The position numbers and the translations under genes were made by a program. A stretch of 38,326 nucleotides of DNA, from positions 1-38,326 of the IMG/VR virus record IMGVR_UViG_3300049140_000187; one strand, written 5' to 3'. Below, one piece after another: positions 17,119 through 24,556 of this stretch. Each line of letters begins with the position of its first letter. Within the stretch, counting starts at the first letter, position 1. The notes under the pieces were generated by a model, which had not been told where the DNA came from, searched no databases, and saw only the letters and a list, made by a program, of their open reading frames with translations. This DNA is from a virus (lineage: Duplodnaviria; Caudoviricetes).

Positions 17119-18204
17119 TCAGCCGATGTTGTCGTAGGTCAGGGAGCCGCGGATCTCGACGGCGTGGATGGCCCCCGCCAGTCGGGCGGTGAACCGCACG
17201 TCGCGCAGCACGCGGGCAGCCACGTCAATGGACGACACCTGCGACCGGGCCGGCACCGAGACCGTGTAGCTCGGGATGATACGGTTCGGGACGTCGGCAT
17301 CAGCCATGGGCGGAGCGATGCCGCCGCGACGGACACCGAGATCCAGCGCCGCGCGCATGGCTTGGCTGACGATGGCGATGCCGGCGTCGGTGTATGGAAC
17401 CTTGTCGAGGTTCACCATGGCGACGAAGACGCGGTCCCGGATCTCCTGGCACAGCCAGTCGCGGAAGCGGATGATGTCGATCCACTCGCCGCCGGCCACC
17501 TTGCCGTTCTGGGTGATGGCGTTGGTCCGCTCGAACGGCTCGAAGGTGTTGCCGTTCTTGCCGAAGATGAAGGTGGCCTGCGCCTCGGTCAGAGAGGGAG
17601 CGGTGACAGCCGAGAGACGCTTCAGGGCCCAGGTCTCGCCGCCGGGCAGGATCGTGAAGTTGCGCGCCGCGGCGGCCACCTCGGGGAACTGGTCGCCGTC
17701 CGCGTGATACCACCAAGCGGTCCGGTAGAAGTTGCCCGTCTTGAGCGTCGAGCCGGCGTCGTCGGTGGCCGAGGTCGGGGCGTCGACGTCGGTGATGACG
17801 GCCAGGAAGAGCTTCTCGTTCGCCTCGGCCCAGGGGGCAATGGTGGCGAGATCGGCCTCGGTGTGTGTGACCTCGGCGATGCCGTACCAGTCGTCATTCG
17901 CCGCGCGGATGGCCGCGAGGGCCACATCTGCCGCCTCGGCCGTGTTGCGTCGGCCAATGAAGATGCGGTTGGGCCCCGGGATCTGGCTGAAAGCCACCTG
18001 CGCGGCCTTGTAGGCGTCGCTGGCCGTGGTGATGCCGGCGAAGGGCGCCTCCAGCAGGTCGTCGGCCCGGGTGATGATCTGGATGCGGGGATCGTTGGTC
18101 GTCCCGTAGGGCACCAGGAGCAGAAGGTCGCTGAAGGTCTGCTGCTGGACACCCGTGGTGGCCAGGCTGATCTGGACGTTTACGATGCGGTCGATTTGGG
18201 CCAC
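17119..18204 (-). CDS. Tail sheath protein (DUF3383-like), compact 361 aa
   Basis: IVNVQI N-terminus, PG.ETWA.K.L, GEWIDIIRF.DWL, KVPYTD.GI and LAGAIH.V.I.G motifs. Confidence 0.9.
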   Translation of the reverse strand: MAQIDRIVNVQISLATTGVQQQTFSDLLLLVPYGTTNDPRIQIITRADDLLEAPFAGITTASDAYKAAQVAFSQIPGPNRIFIGRRNTAEAADVALAAIRAANDDWYGIAEVTHTEADLATIAPWAEANEKLFLAVITDVDAPTSATDDAGSTLKTGNFYRTAWWYHADGDQFPEVAAAARNFTILPGGETWALKRLSAVTAPSLTEAQATFIFGKNGNTFEPFERTNAITQNGKVAGGEWIDIIRFRDWLCQEIRDRVFVAMVNLDKVPYTDAGIAIVSQAMRAALDLGVRRGGIAPPMADADVPNRIIPSYTVSVPARSQVSSIDVAARVLRDVRFTARLAGAIHAVEIRGSLTYDNIG

Positions 18205-18216
18205 GGGGCTGCTCCG

Positions 18217-18741
18217 TTACGGTGAGGGTGGCGGCGTGGCCGCGTCGGGCATGGAGATGACGTGTTGGTGGCCGGTATCGCCCCCGACCGGGCATTCAAG
18301 GACGACATGCTCAATGAGGCCGACGTTGTCGGTGACTTCGCCGAGCGCGTAGCCGGTGAACTCCAGCAGGGCGCGTTCCTCGCGCTGGCTGGTGTTCAGT
18401 AGGGCGGTGAGGTCCCGGACATCTTCGAGGGATGCCAGCGAGACCCCGCATTCCACGGCCCGGAGCGTCTGCGAGGGCAGGCGCATGCGGACCGATAGGG
18501 TTTGGGTCAGGGCGATCGCGTCGCGGCCGTAGCAGGCCACCTCGCAGCGGATGAGACGATGTTCGCGGAAGGTCGCGATGCCATTCGCGTCGGGCGGGGT
18601 CTCGACGAGCCGGGCGGAGCCGGTGCCGCGGACCTTGACTGTGAAGTATGGCTTCTCGGGCCGGGGCCCGTTCTGGTCCGCCCAGATGATCATCCGGGGC
18701 ATAGCGATCGGGATCAGGAAGTCCATGAGGGCGGGGATCAT
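18217..18741 (-). CDS. Tail terminator/neck protein
   Basis: IWADQNGPRP.KPY motif; start MIPALMDF overlaps upstream stop; immediately upstream of sheath. Confidence 0.75.
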   Translation of the reverse strand: MIPALMDFLIPIAMPRMIIWADQNGPRPEKPYFTVKVRGTGSARLVETPPDANGIATFREHRLIRCEVACYGRDAIALTQTLSVRMRLPSQTLRAVECGVSLASLEDVRDLTALLNTSQREERALLEFTGYALGEVTDNVGLIEHVVLECPVGGDTGHQHVISMPDAATPPPSP

Positions 18742-18938
18742 CCTCTGGCACTCTCCAAATGGACGATGAACCCTGTGCCGTCGCAGATTTGGCAGGCTCT
18801 GGCTGAGAGGTGCGGCTGCCGCTTTGCGGCCCACGCATCCTTCGCCCCGTATTCCGCAGGCCGCTTACTCGGCAGCCGACCCGTCGCATGGCATAGGCGG
18901 CACATCTCCGTCCGGAGCGTTCTGAGGAGCGTCGCCAT
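18738..18938 (-). CDS. Small DnaJ-type zinc-finger protein (66 aa)
   Basis: CRLCHATG and CQICDGTG motifs; TAATG and ATGA overlaps with neighbours. Confidence 0.7.
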   Translation of the reverse strand: MATLLRTLRTEMCRLCHATGRLPSKRPAEYGAKDAWAAKRQPHLSARACQICDGTGFIVHLESARG

Positions 18939-19324
18939 TAGCTGACGACCTCCCCTTCCTCGGCTTCGATCTCGCGCGCCAGCAGGTAGCGGGTGTGACT
19001 GACCGGGCTGCCGAGGATCTTCCGAACGTGCCGGCCAATGACCAGCCAGTAGCGGTCCTCGTGGAGCACCAGGTCGCCCGGCAGGTTGGTGTCTTCGCCT
19101 GCCACGTTCAGCGGGTTCTCGACGGGGCCGTAGGCGCGGAGCAGGCCCGCAATGCGCCGCCCTTCGGGATTGGCCTCCAGGCGCTCGTAGTCGCCTGCCG
19201 TGGCGGGCTGGATGCCCAGGAGGACCGTCTCGGGCAGTGGCTCGGCGGAAGGCTCCCAGACGCCGCGGACATACTCGCCCGCCCGGCGGCGCACCACCGG
19301 GGTCGGCTTGCGGAAGGGGCTCAC
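18938..19324 (-). CDS. Head closure/head-tail joining protein
   Basis: G.Y..G.W, IQP, PEGRR and D.V...G/D..W/Y pattern; neck module synteny. Confidence 0.7.
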   Translation of the reverse strand: MSPFRKPTPVVRRRAGEYVRGVWEPSAEPLPETVLLGIQPATAGDYERLEANPEGRRIAGLLRAYGPVENPLNVAGEDTNLPGDLVLHEDRYWLVIGRHVRKILGSPVSHTRYLLAREIEAEEGEVVS

Positions 19325-19776
19325 CGCCGGATCTTCTCGTAGTCGATCGCGCCTTCCAGCATGCCGTGATCTTTAAGTGGCGCACTGGAACCCTTGGCCG
19401 CGATGGTCGCCTTCGCATTCGGCTCAGCCCAGGACGGTGCCTGTCGGATCGTCCTCTTGAGCGCGGCCTGATACCACTGCCCGACCGCCTCCAGGACGTT
19501 GTCCACGGCCATGCGCCCCTCGAGCAGGGCGGGCACCAAGCGCCGCACATAGGCGCGGGCGTTGTTCTCCTGGGTGTCGGCCGTGTGCCGCATGAAGGGC
19601 CGGGCCGGGATCGTCTCCGTGCCGAATTCGTTCATGGCGGCGTAATCCACGATCTGCACGCCATCGTTGGCCGGGCCAGCGCGAAGGCCGACCTTGACGC
19701 TGCTGCGGCTCAGCTCGCGCATCTGGCCGCGGATCCGGTTCCAGCCACGGTCGGTGAGAACAACGTCGCGGGGCAT
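19321..19776 (-). CDS. Neck/tail completion protein (HK97 gp10-like)
   Basis: VKVGL, A..NEFGT..IPARPFMR and PNA..TI..KGS..PL.D.G.L motifs. Confidence 0.8.
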   Translation of the reverse strand: MPRDVVLTDRGWNRIRGQMRELSRSSVKVGLRAGPANDGVQIVDYAAMNEFGTETIPARPFMRHTADTQENNARAYVRRLVPALLEGRMAVDNVLEAVGQWYQAALKRTIRQAPSWAEPNAKATIAAKGSSAPLKDHGMLEGAIDYEKIRR

Positions 19777-19780
19777 GGGC

Positions 19781-20140
19781 TCAGCCGAACCGGGTAATGA
19801 GTGCGCCACGGGCGCAGATGTCGCTCATGGCCTTCCAGGCGGCGTAGGGACCGGATGGCGCACCGTCGGCTCGGGAGGCACCCTCGCCATAGGTGATCTC
19901 CACGTCGCCTTCCTTCCAGCGCGTCACCGCGCCGGCCTCACTGCCACCGGTGGCCTGCTCCTGAGCGCGCTGAGCCAGCAGGTAGGCCGCATAGTGGGCC
20001 TGGGCGAGGTTCTGCCGTTCTTCGGACAGGCAGCGGGGACGGTAGGCCTGGGCGACGGAAAGCGCCCAGGTCTGGACCGGCTGCTCCGCACCCGCCACGA
20101 GCGCGGGATACGCCATGGCAAGGTGCTCGGCGGCCGTCAT
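19781..20140 (-). CDS. Head-tail adaptor (DUF4054-like)
   Basis: A..AAYLL, G.V....EGDV.I.Y and Y...W pattern; synteny. Confidence 0.75.
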   Translation of the reverse strand: MTAAEHLAMAYPALVAGAEQPVQTWALSVAQAYRPRCLSEERQNLAQAHYAAYLLAQRAQEQATGGSEAGAVTRWKEGDVEITYGEGASRADGAPSGPYAAWKAMSDICARGALITRFG

Positions 20141-20142
20141 GG

Positions 20143-20349
20143 TCAGTCCTTCTTCGCAGGAGCCTTGGCCGGCTCAGCCTTCTGGCCGGCCGACTTGACG
20201 ACGCCGCTGTCCAGCAGGGGCTGGAAGCCCTTCACCGTCTCCGCGATGTTGTCCGGGAGCTCGGTCTCCACGCCCGGCACCAGCATGACGCCGCCGACAT
20301 GGATGACGCGGGCGAACTCGCCCTCGCCGACGTTGACGTACTTGGCCAT
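20143..20349 (-). CDS. Small virion-associated protein (68 aa)
   Basis: ATG 2 nt after the capsid stop; L.PG motif and Lys/Ala tail. Confidence 0.65.
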   Translation of the reverse strand: MAKYVNVGEGEFARVIHVGGVMLVPGVETELPDNIAETVKGFQPLLDSGVVKSAGQKAEPAKAPAKKD

Positions 20350-20351
20350 GA

Positions 20352-21344
20352 TCAGATGCCCTCCATCTTGGCCATGCTCAGCACCTGCTCGACGACGACG
20401 CCGCCGGTCCGGGCCTCGCAGGGCACCACGAGCTCGAGGTTGCGCGCCTGCGGGGCGTACTGCCGGAAGGGCATGACCGCCTCGTAGTGGAAATTCGTGG
20501 CGTCGCGCTCGGCAGCCCACATGACGTTCGCGCCCGCCGTCCCAGCACCAGCGAACTCCGGCACCTCGACGAAGGTCAGGCCCGGGTAGAGCGACCGGAG
20601 GAACTGGCCAGCCGTGGTTTCGGTGGTCGTGTTCATCCGCCGGGTGTTCATGTAGGCCATGCGGATGTTGTCGATGCCGACCACCGTGGCGCGATGGATG
20701 CCGGCAGACTGCGTGACGATGCCGTTCAGCAGCGCCAGCACGTCGTCCACGATCTGCTGACCCGTCACCGTGCCAGTCGCCCAGCCGCCGGTTACAGCGG
20801 TCACGACGGGCACGTTCGGGTGGTTCAGGATCCCATAAATCCCGTAGGCGGCGTCGCCCACGAACTTGATGGAGTTCTCCTTCCGGGCGATCGCCAGGCG
20901 CGCCACCTCGCCCTTGCGGGCCGGGAGGTTGGTGCCGGACATGGCCGAAGCCCGCAGATCCTGCTGGCTGTAGCCGTAGCTGTCGCCGATGGAGCGGATG
21001 CGGGCGGACATCTCCCGGCCACGCACGTCCACGCGGGGCAGGTCGTCGGCGTAGTTGCCGATGATCTTGGCCACGCCCACCACGTCGAAGAGGCGGTAGA
21101 CGACGCTGTTCGCGCCCTCCGGAACGTCGCTCTCGGTCGGGATGAGCAGATCGCCCGTCATGGCGGGAAGCTGCCGCGTGTAGGCGCGAGCCTTCACGTA
21201 GTCGAGCTGGCGGGCCGCGATGGCCGAAGCCTCGTCGGTGCGAAGGTCCGGCAGGATCGCCTCAATGGCGATCCGGTCGGCCTCGTCATAGTTGGTCCAT
21301 TCCGCGGCGTCGAAGCGCGCGGGGACCTGATCGGGGGTGCTCAT
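20352..21344 (-). CDS. Major capsid protein (DUF2184-like, HK97 fold)
   Basis: D.VG.AKII..YADDLP.VD, YGYS.Q.L, GILNHPN and VPC.ARTGGV motifs. Confidence 0.92.
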   Translation of the reverse strand: MSTPDQVPARFDAAEWTNYDEADRIAIEAILPDLRTDEASAIAARQLDYVKARAYTRQLPAMTGDLLIPTESDVPEGANSVVYRLFDVVGVAKIIGNYADDLPRVDVRGREMSARIRSIGDSYGYSQQDLRASAMSGTNLPARKGEVARLAIARKENSIKFVGDAAYGIYGILNHPNVPVVTAVTGGWATGTVTGQQIVDDVLALLNGIVTQSAGIHRATVVGIDNIRMAYMNTRRMNTTTETTAGQFLRSLYPGLTFVEVPEFAGAGTAGANVMWAAERDATNFHYEAVMPFRQYAPQARNLELVVPCEARTGGVVVEQVLSMAKMEGI

Positions 21345-21358
21345 GGGTTCAGGTCCTC

Positions 21359-21844
21359 TCAGGCGCCAGTGGCGTCAACGGAAGGGTCGTGCAGCTCGAC
21401 CAGCACGATCTGGACGGAGGTGCCGCCGGGGCCGAAGGCCGGAACGGTGATGTTCCCGCTCAGGAACTTGGCGTTGGTCAGGGTCGCGGTGCCGGCGTCG
21501 GCGAAGACCCCGGTGGCCGGCGTGTACTTGGCCACGGCCTCCTTGGTGCAGGTGCCGGAAGCCAGCGCCCAGACCCGGCCGCGGCGAACCACGGTCATCG
21601 CCTGGTACTGCACATATCCGTCGGCGGCGATCGCGTCGTCCTTGAGCGCCACGCCCTTAACGGGGTTGGTGGAGATCGGCAGCACGGAGATGCCCGTGGC
21701 GGCAACCTCGGCCACGACGGTGCCGAAGGGCTGGGCCGTAGCGCCGCAGGGGACGGTCACCTTGTCGGTGAAGCCGCTGTCGTACAGAAGGCCGGGCAGG
21801 CCCGGCGCAACGCCGTCCCGCACCGCGAAGTCGGTGGTCAGCAT
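21359..21844 (-). CDS. Head decoration/cement protein
   Basis: G.PG, PFG..V and V.RRGRVW motifs; between DUF2213 and capsid genes. Confidence 0.75.
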   Translation of the reverse strand: MLTTDFAVRDGVAPGLPGLLYDSGFTDKVTVPCGATAQPFGTVVAEVAATGISVLPISTNPVKGVALKDDAIAADGYVQYQAMTVVRRGRVWALASGTCTKEAVAKYTPATGVFADAGTATLTNAKFLSGNITVPAFGPGGTSVQIVLVELHDPSVDATGA

Positions 21845-21857
21845 CAGGTCAATCCCT

Positions 21858-22943
21858 TCAGATGCGGTTGCGGATCATTGCGTCCCGCGCAGAGCGCGCG
21901 GAGCGGATGGGCGGCGCCTTGGGGGCGCTGTCCTGGCGAGGGGCGGGGCCGGCGCCGTTGACGGCGGCGCGCTGCTGGTCCTGAGCGGACTTGCGGGCGG
22001 CTGCGTCCTGGATGGCATGGTCGAAGGCGAAGGAGACGTAGTCGTCCGACTTGCCGTCGAAGCGCGGGGCCTCGCCACGCACCTTGGCTACGACGGCCTC
22101 GCGGATGGCGCGGTCGTTCATGTCGGCGCGGACCTCGACGCCATGCGCCTTGGCCTGGCCTTCGAGTTCAAGCCGGGCACGAACCTGCACGGCCGCGTCG
22201 GCGCGGATCTGCGCCTGGGCGGCTTCCGCCTCGGTCAGCTTGACTTTCAGCGCGTCCAGAGCAGCCTCGGCCGCGTCGGCGCGGAGGGAAGCTGCTGTGG
22301 CAGCCTGCTGGGCCGTGGTGAGCGCGTGCGCGACTTCCTGCGGCGCCTCATAGGTCAGTCCACCATCGAGGCGGACCGTGGCGAGATTGGCGGCCAATGG
22401 CCCCTCCTCTAGTTCGTGGACGGAAACAGCGTCTTCAGCGTCGAGGTTGAGACGGGCGACGCCGGCCCGGCCCTTCGGAACGATGGCGAGGTGATCGACC
22501 ATTGCGATCCGCTCGACGATCGTGTCGTAGCGTTCACCCTCGGGAGTGGTGCCGGGCGTCTCGCTGACGACCACCCGATACCCGAGGCTGAGTTCCCGCT
22601 TGCCGCCCTTCAGGACGGGGGACGGGTCGTGGATGATGATGTCGGCCCGAAGGTGGTCGCCGTCCTGGCGCCCTTCGCTGAGGATCGTGCCAACCGTGTG
22701 GGCCCGGACATTCGCCGCATCGACCCGGGGGACGTGACCGTCGATGATGGGCCGGCCACGGATGGCGGCGAGGTGCTCGGGAGCGAAGACGACGGTCGGG
22801 GGGCGGTATTCGCGGATTTCGCGGCCATCGGTGCGCCGATAGACCTGCACGCCAGTCCGCCCAAGGATGGGGCTGTCGATGATGTAGCCCTCGGGCGTCA
22901 GTGTCGCCTTGAGCGGCACCGCGTCGTGGCGCATGGCTTCCAT
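21858..22943 (-). CDS. DUF2213 protein (prohead protease/scaffold)
   Basis: TPEGY, RTGVQ.Y, EYRP...VF, ELSLGY and HLAIV..GRAG motifs plus Ala-rich coiled-coil scaffold C-terminus. Confidence 0.9.
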   Translation of the reverse strand: MEAMRHDAVPLKATLTPEGYIIDSPILGRTGVQVYRRTDGREIREYRPPTVVFAPEHLAAIRGRPIIDGHVPRVDAANVRAHTVGTILSEGRQDGDHLRADIIIHDPSPVLKGGKRELSLGYRVVVSETPGTTPEGERYDTIVERIAMVDHLAIVPKGRAGVARLNLDAEDAVSVHELEEGPLAANLATVRLDGGLTYEAPQEVAHALTTAQQAATAASLRADAAEAALDALKVKLTEAEAAQAQIRADAAVQVRARLELEGQAKAHGVEVRADMNDRAIREAVVAKVRGEAPRFDGKSDDYVSFAFDHAIQDAAARKSAQDQQRAAVNGAGPAPRQDSAPKAPPIRSARSARDAMIRNRI

Positions 22944-22944
22944 G
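22890..22944. repeat. Direct repeat A copy 1 (5' end of DUF2213); copy 2 at 23247-23301
   Basis: 55 bp with 2 mismatches, both synonymous in the DUF2213 frame. Confidence 0.95.
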
Positions 22945-22974
22945 TTATGATAATCCCAGAACAGGAGGCCGAAG

Positions 22975-23217
22975 ATGGAATGGCTGCCGATTGAGAGCGC
23001 GCCGAAGGACGGAACACCCGTGCTCCTTGGTGGAGGAGAGTTCGACTGCGACGAGAGGGGCGAAGGACTGCGGCATCCAGTTGTTGCGGCGTGGCACCAA
23101 GGGAACGGCTGGGACCCAAACGCCACCTTTTGGCTGATCGCCTCAACTGAAGGAGGATTGGTGTCAGTTGTTTACACCAACCCTACCCATTGGACGCCAA
23201 TCCCGCCGGGGCCTTAG
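22975..23217 (+). CDS. Antisense moron: DUF551-like protein (80 aa)
   Basis: W.PIESAPKDGT.VL N-terminus and PTHW.P.P..P C-terminus; AGGAGG RBS; TATGAT/GATAAT upstream. Confidence 0.85.
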   Translation: MEWLPIESAPKDGTPVLLGGGEFDCDERGEGLRHPVVAAWHQGNGWDPNATFWLIASTEGGLVSVVYTNPTHWTPIPPGP

Positions 23218-23300
23218 CCGAGCAACTGCACCTCGCTCTCGGTCATCTCAGGCGTCAGTGTCGCCTTGAGCGGCACCGCGTCGTGTCGCATGGCTTCCAT
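23214..23300 (-). pseudogene. Chimeric 28-codon mini-ORF: DUF2213 N-terminus fused in frame to a gpF-like C-terminus
   Basis: Translates MEAMRHDAVPLKATLTP-EMTESEVQLLG*; halves match 22890-22944 and 23578-23617. Confidence 0.85.
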
Positions 23301-23330
23301 GCTATAGTGCTCCCGCATTGGAGACGGCGA

Positions 23331-23594
23331 ATGGCGATCAAGGTGCCTGGCCCTAAGGGGCCGTTCTGCGAGCCCGCGAGGGATACCGCCAGCATGGAGC
23401 CTGGAGCCTGGTGCGCTGCCTGCGGGTGGCCAGTGGTGTTCGCCGCTTGCAACGATGGAATGGTCGCGCAGCCCTGGGGCAGTTGGGACTGGTGGATGTA
23501 CTGCAGCAACAAGTCCTGCGTGAACCACGACGGAGAAGGCGTCTTCCAACACGACCCTGATTGGGTAAATCGGATGCCTACCCCAGCAACCTGA
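23331..23594 (+). CDS. Antisense moron: Cys/Trp-rich putative zinc-binding protein (87 aa)
   Basis: GGAG RBS, GCTATAGT -10-like site; CAAC...C and CSNKSCVNH motifs. Confidence 0.75.
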   Translation: MAIKVPGPKGPFCEPARDTASMEPGAWCAACGWPVVFAACNDGMVAQPWGSWDWWMYCSNKSCVNHDGEGVFQHDPDWVNRMPTPAT

Positions 23595-23617
23595 CTTCGC
23601 TCTCGGTCATCTCAGGC
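23578..23617. repeat. Direct repeat B (3' end of gpF-like gene); diverged copy at 23214-23253
   Basis: 33/40 identical with a 21-nt exact core tcgctctcggtcatctcaggc. Confidence 0.9.
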
Positions 23618-24399
23618 AGGATCGGGTCGGCGTAGCAGCGGCACCTGATCGGCGACCCGGGATGACCAATGACCGGAGCCTTCTTCCAGGAGCAGGTCTT
23701 GCCATTCAGCGCCCGGTGGCTGTCTCGGACCCGCTCATCCCCGGCGGTGCGCCAGATGTACGAGGTGACCCCGATGCCGACCTGCCGGTACTGCGCGAGT
23801 TGCCCCGTCAGCTTCCCGACCTGGTCCCGAGCGATCAGTTCCGCCCTGGCGTCTCCGACGTCGCACCGCTCGCGGACGATCGCCTTCAGGTTCCGCAGGC
23901 TCGTGCCCTGCGTCATCGCCTGGCTCATCTCCGTGCGGATCTGGCCGACGATGGTGTCCGGGATGGACCGGATCAGGCCGAGGTTGGTTTGCTCCCAGCC
24001 ACTCATCAGGTCAGCCAGCCAAGGCTCGCCCCTGACGATATCCACGCCGTAGCTCTCGCGGACGAAGCGTCGCCACTCGGAACGGGTCAGGCCGGCTGCG
24101 TTCTGCCCTGCCAGGGCCATAGCCGCCTCGGCGTTCCGTAGGCCGGCTGCGGCCCCCTCGATGATCATCTCCAGCAGGGACCGCAGGATCGCCGCCCAGC
24201 CGGTCGGTTGACCGACGGGCGCGTCGTCGTCAGGCCGGAAGATGGCGGCCGTGTCGATCATCTCCTGGCCGCGGACGTCGATCTGTGCCCGAAGGGCGGT
24301 CCGAAGGTCCGCCACAAGCTGGCGAAGCGCCTTCCGGTAGGCGACCTCCGATGAGAACGGATACCTGACCGGCCGGGGCCTACGCTTCAGGCGGTTCAT
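23578..24399 (-). CDS. Minor head/head morphogenesis protein (Mu gpF/SPP1 gp7 family)
   Basis: RAELIARDQ.GKL, Y.WRT.GDERVR.SH and HPG.PIRCRC motifs. Confidence 0.9.
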   Translation of the reverse strand: MNRLKRRPRPVRYPFSSEVAYRKALRQLVADLRTALRAQIDVRGQEMIDTAAIFRPDDDAPVGQPTGWAAILRSLLEMIIEGAAAGLRNAEAAMALAGQNAAGLTRSEWRRFVRESYGVDIVRGEPWLADLMSGWEQTNLGLIRSIPDTIVGQIRTEMSQAMTQGTSLRNLKAIVRERCDVGDARAELIARDQVGKLTGQLAQYRQVGIGVTSYIWRTAGDERVRDSHRALNGKTCSWKKAPVIGHPGSPIRCRCYADPILPEMTESEVRLLG

Positions 24400-24556
24400 C
24401 GGACGGAGGCTCAGGCAGAACCCACCCCAAACGCCGGAGAGCACTGGCCAGCAATACCGCGTCGTCCCAGGGCTTGGGAGATCCTATATTGGCCTCCAGC
24501 ATGGCGATGCCGACCGACCGGATCTCATTGGGGCCGATCTTCAGGATATCCTTCAC
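24380..24556 (-). CDS. Hypothetical protein (58 aa) between portal and gpF-like gene
   Basis: GTG overlaps the portal stop (GTGA); MKDILKIGPNEIRSVGIAMLEANIGSPKPWDDAVLLASALRRLGWVLPEPPSDEPPEA*; fills the gap; absent from the ORF track. Confidence 0.55.
   Translation of the reverse strand: MKDILKIGPNEIRSVGIAMLEANIGSPKPWDDAVLLASALRRLGWVLPEPPSDEPPEA

Noticed and set aside
20487-22412. 641-aa plus-strand ORF, and similar long ones at 31253-32884, 16927-18225, 24820-25953, 1761-2852 and 9634-10716
   Set aside because: Antisense shadows of well-supported high-GC genes; no motifs and atypical composition
22944-23126. N-terminal extension of DUF2213 in the ORF track
   Set aside because: Overlaps the DUF551-like gene; the repeat boundary marks MEAMRHD as the real start
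22890-23617. Repeats as a CRISPR array, attL/attR pair, DGR TR/VR pair or integron attC sites
   Set aside because: Only two copies each, both derived from coding ends of flanking genes; no cas, integrase or reverse transcriptase in the window; mismatches are synonymous rather than adenine-specific
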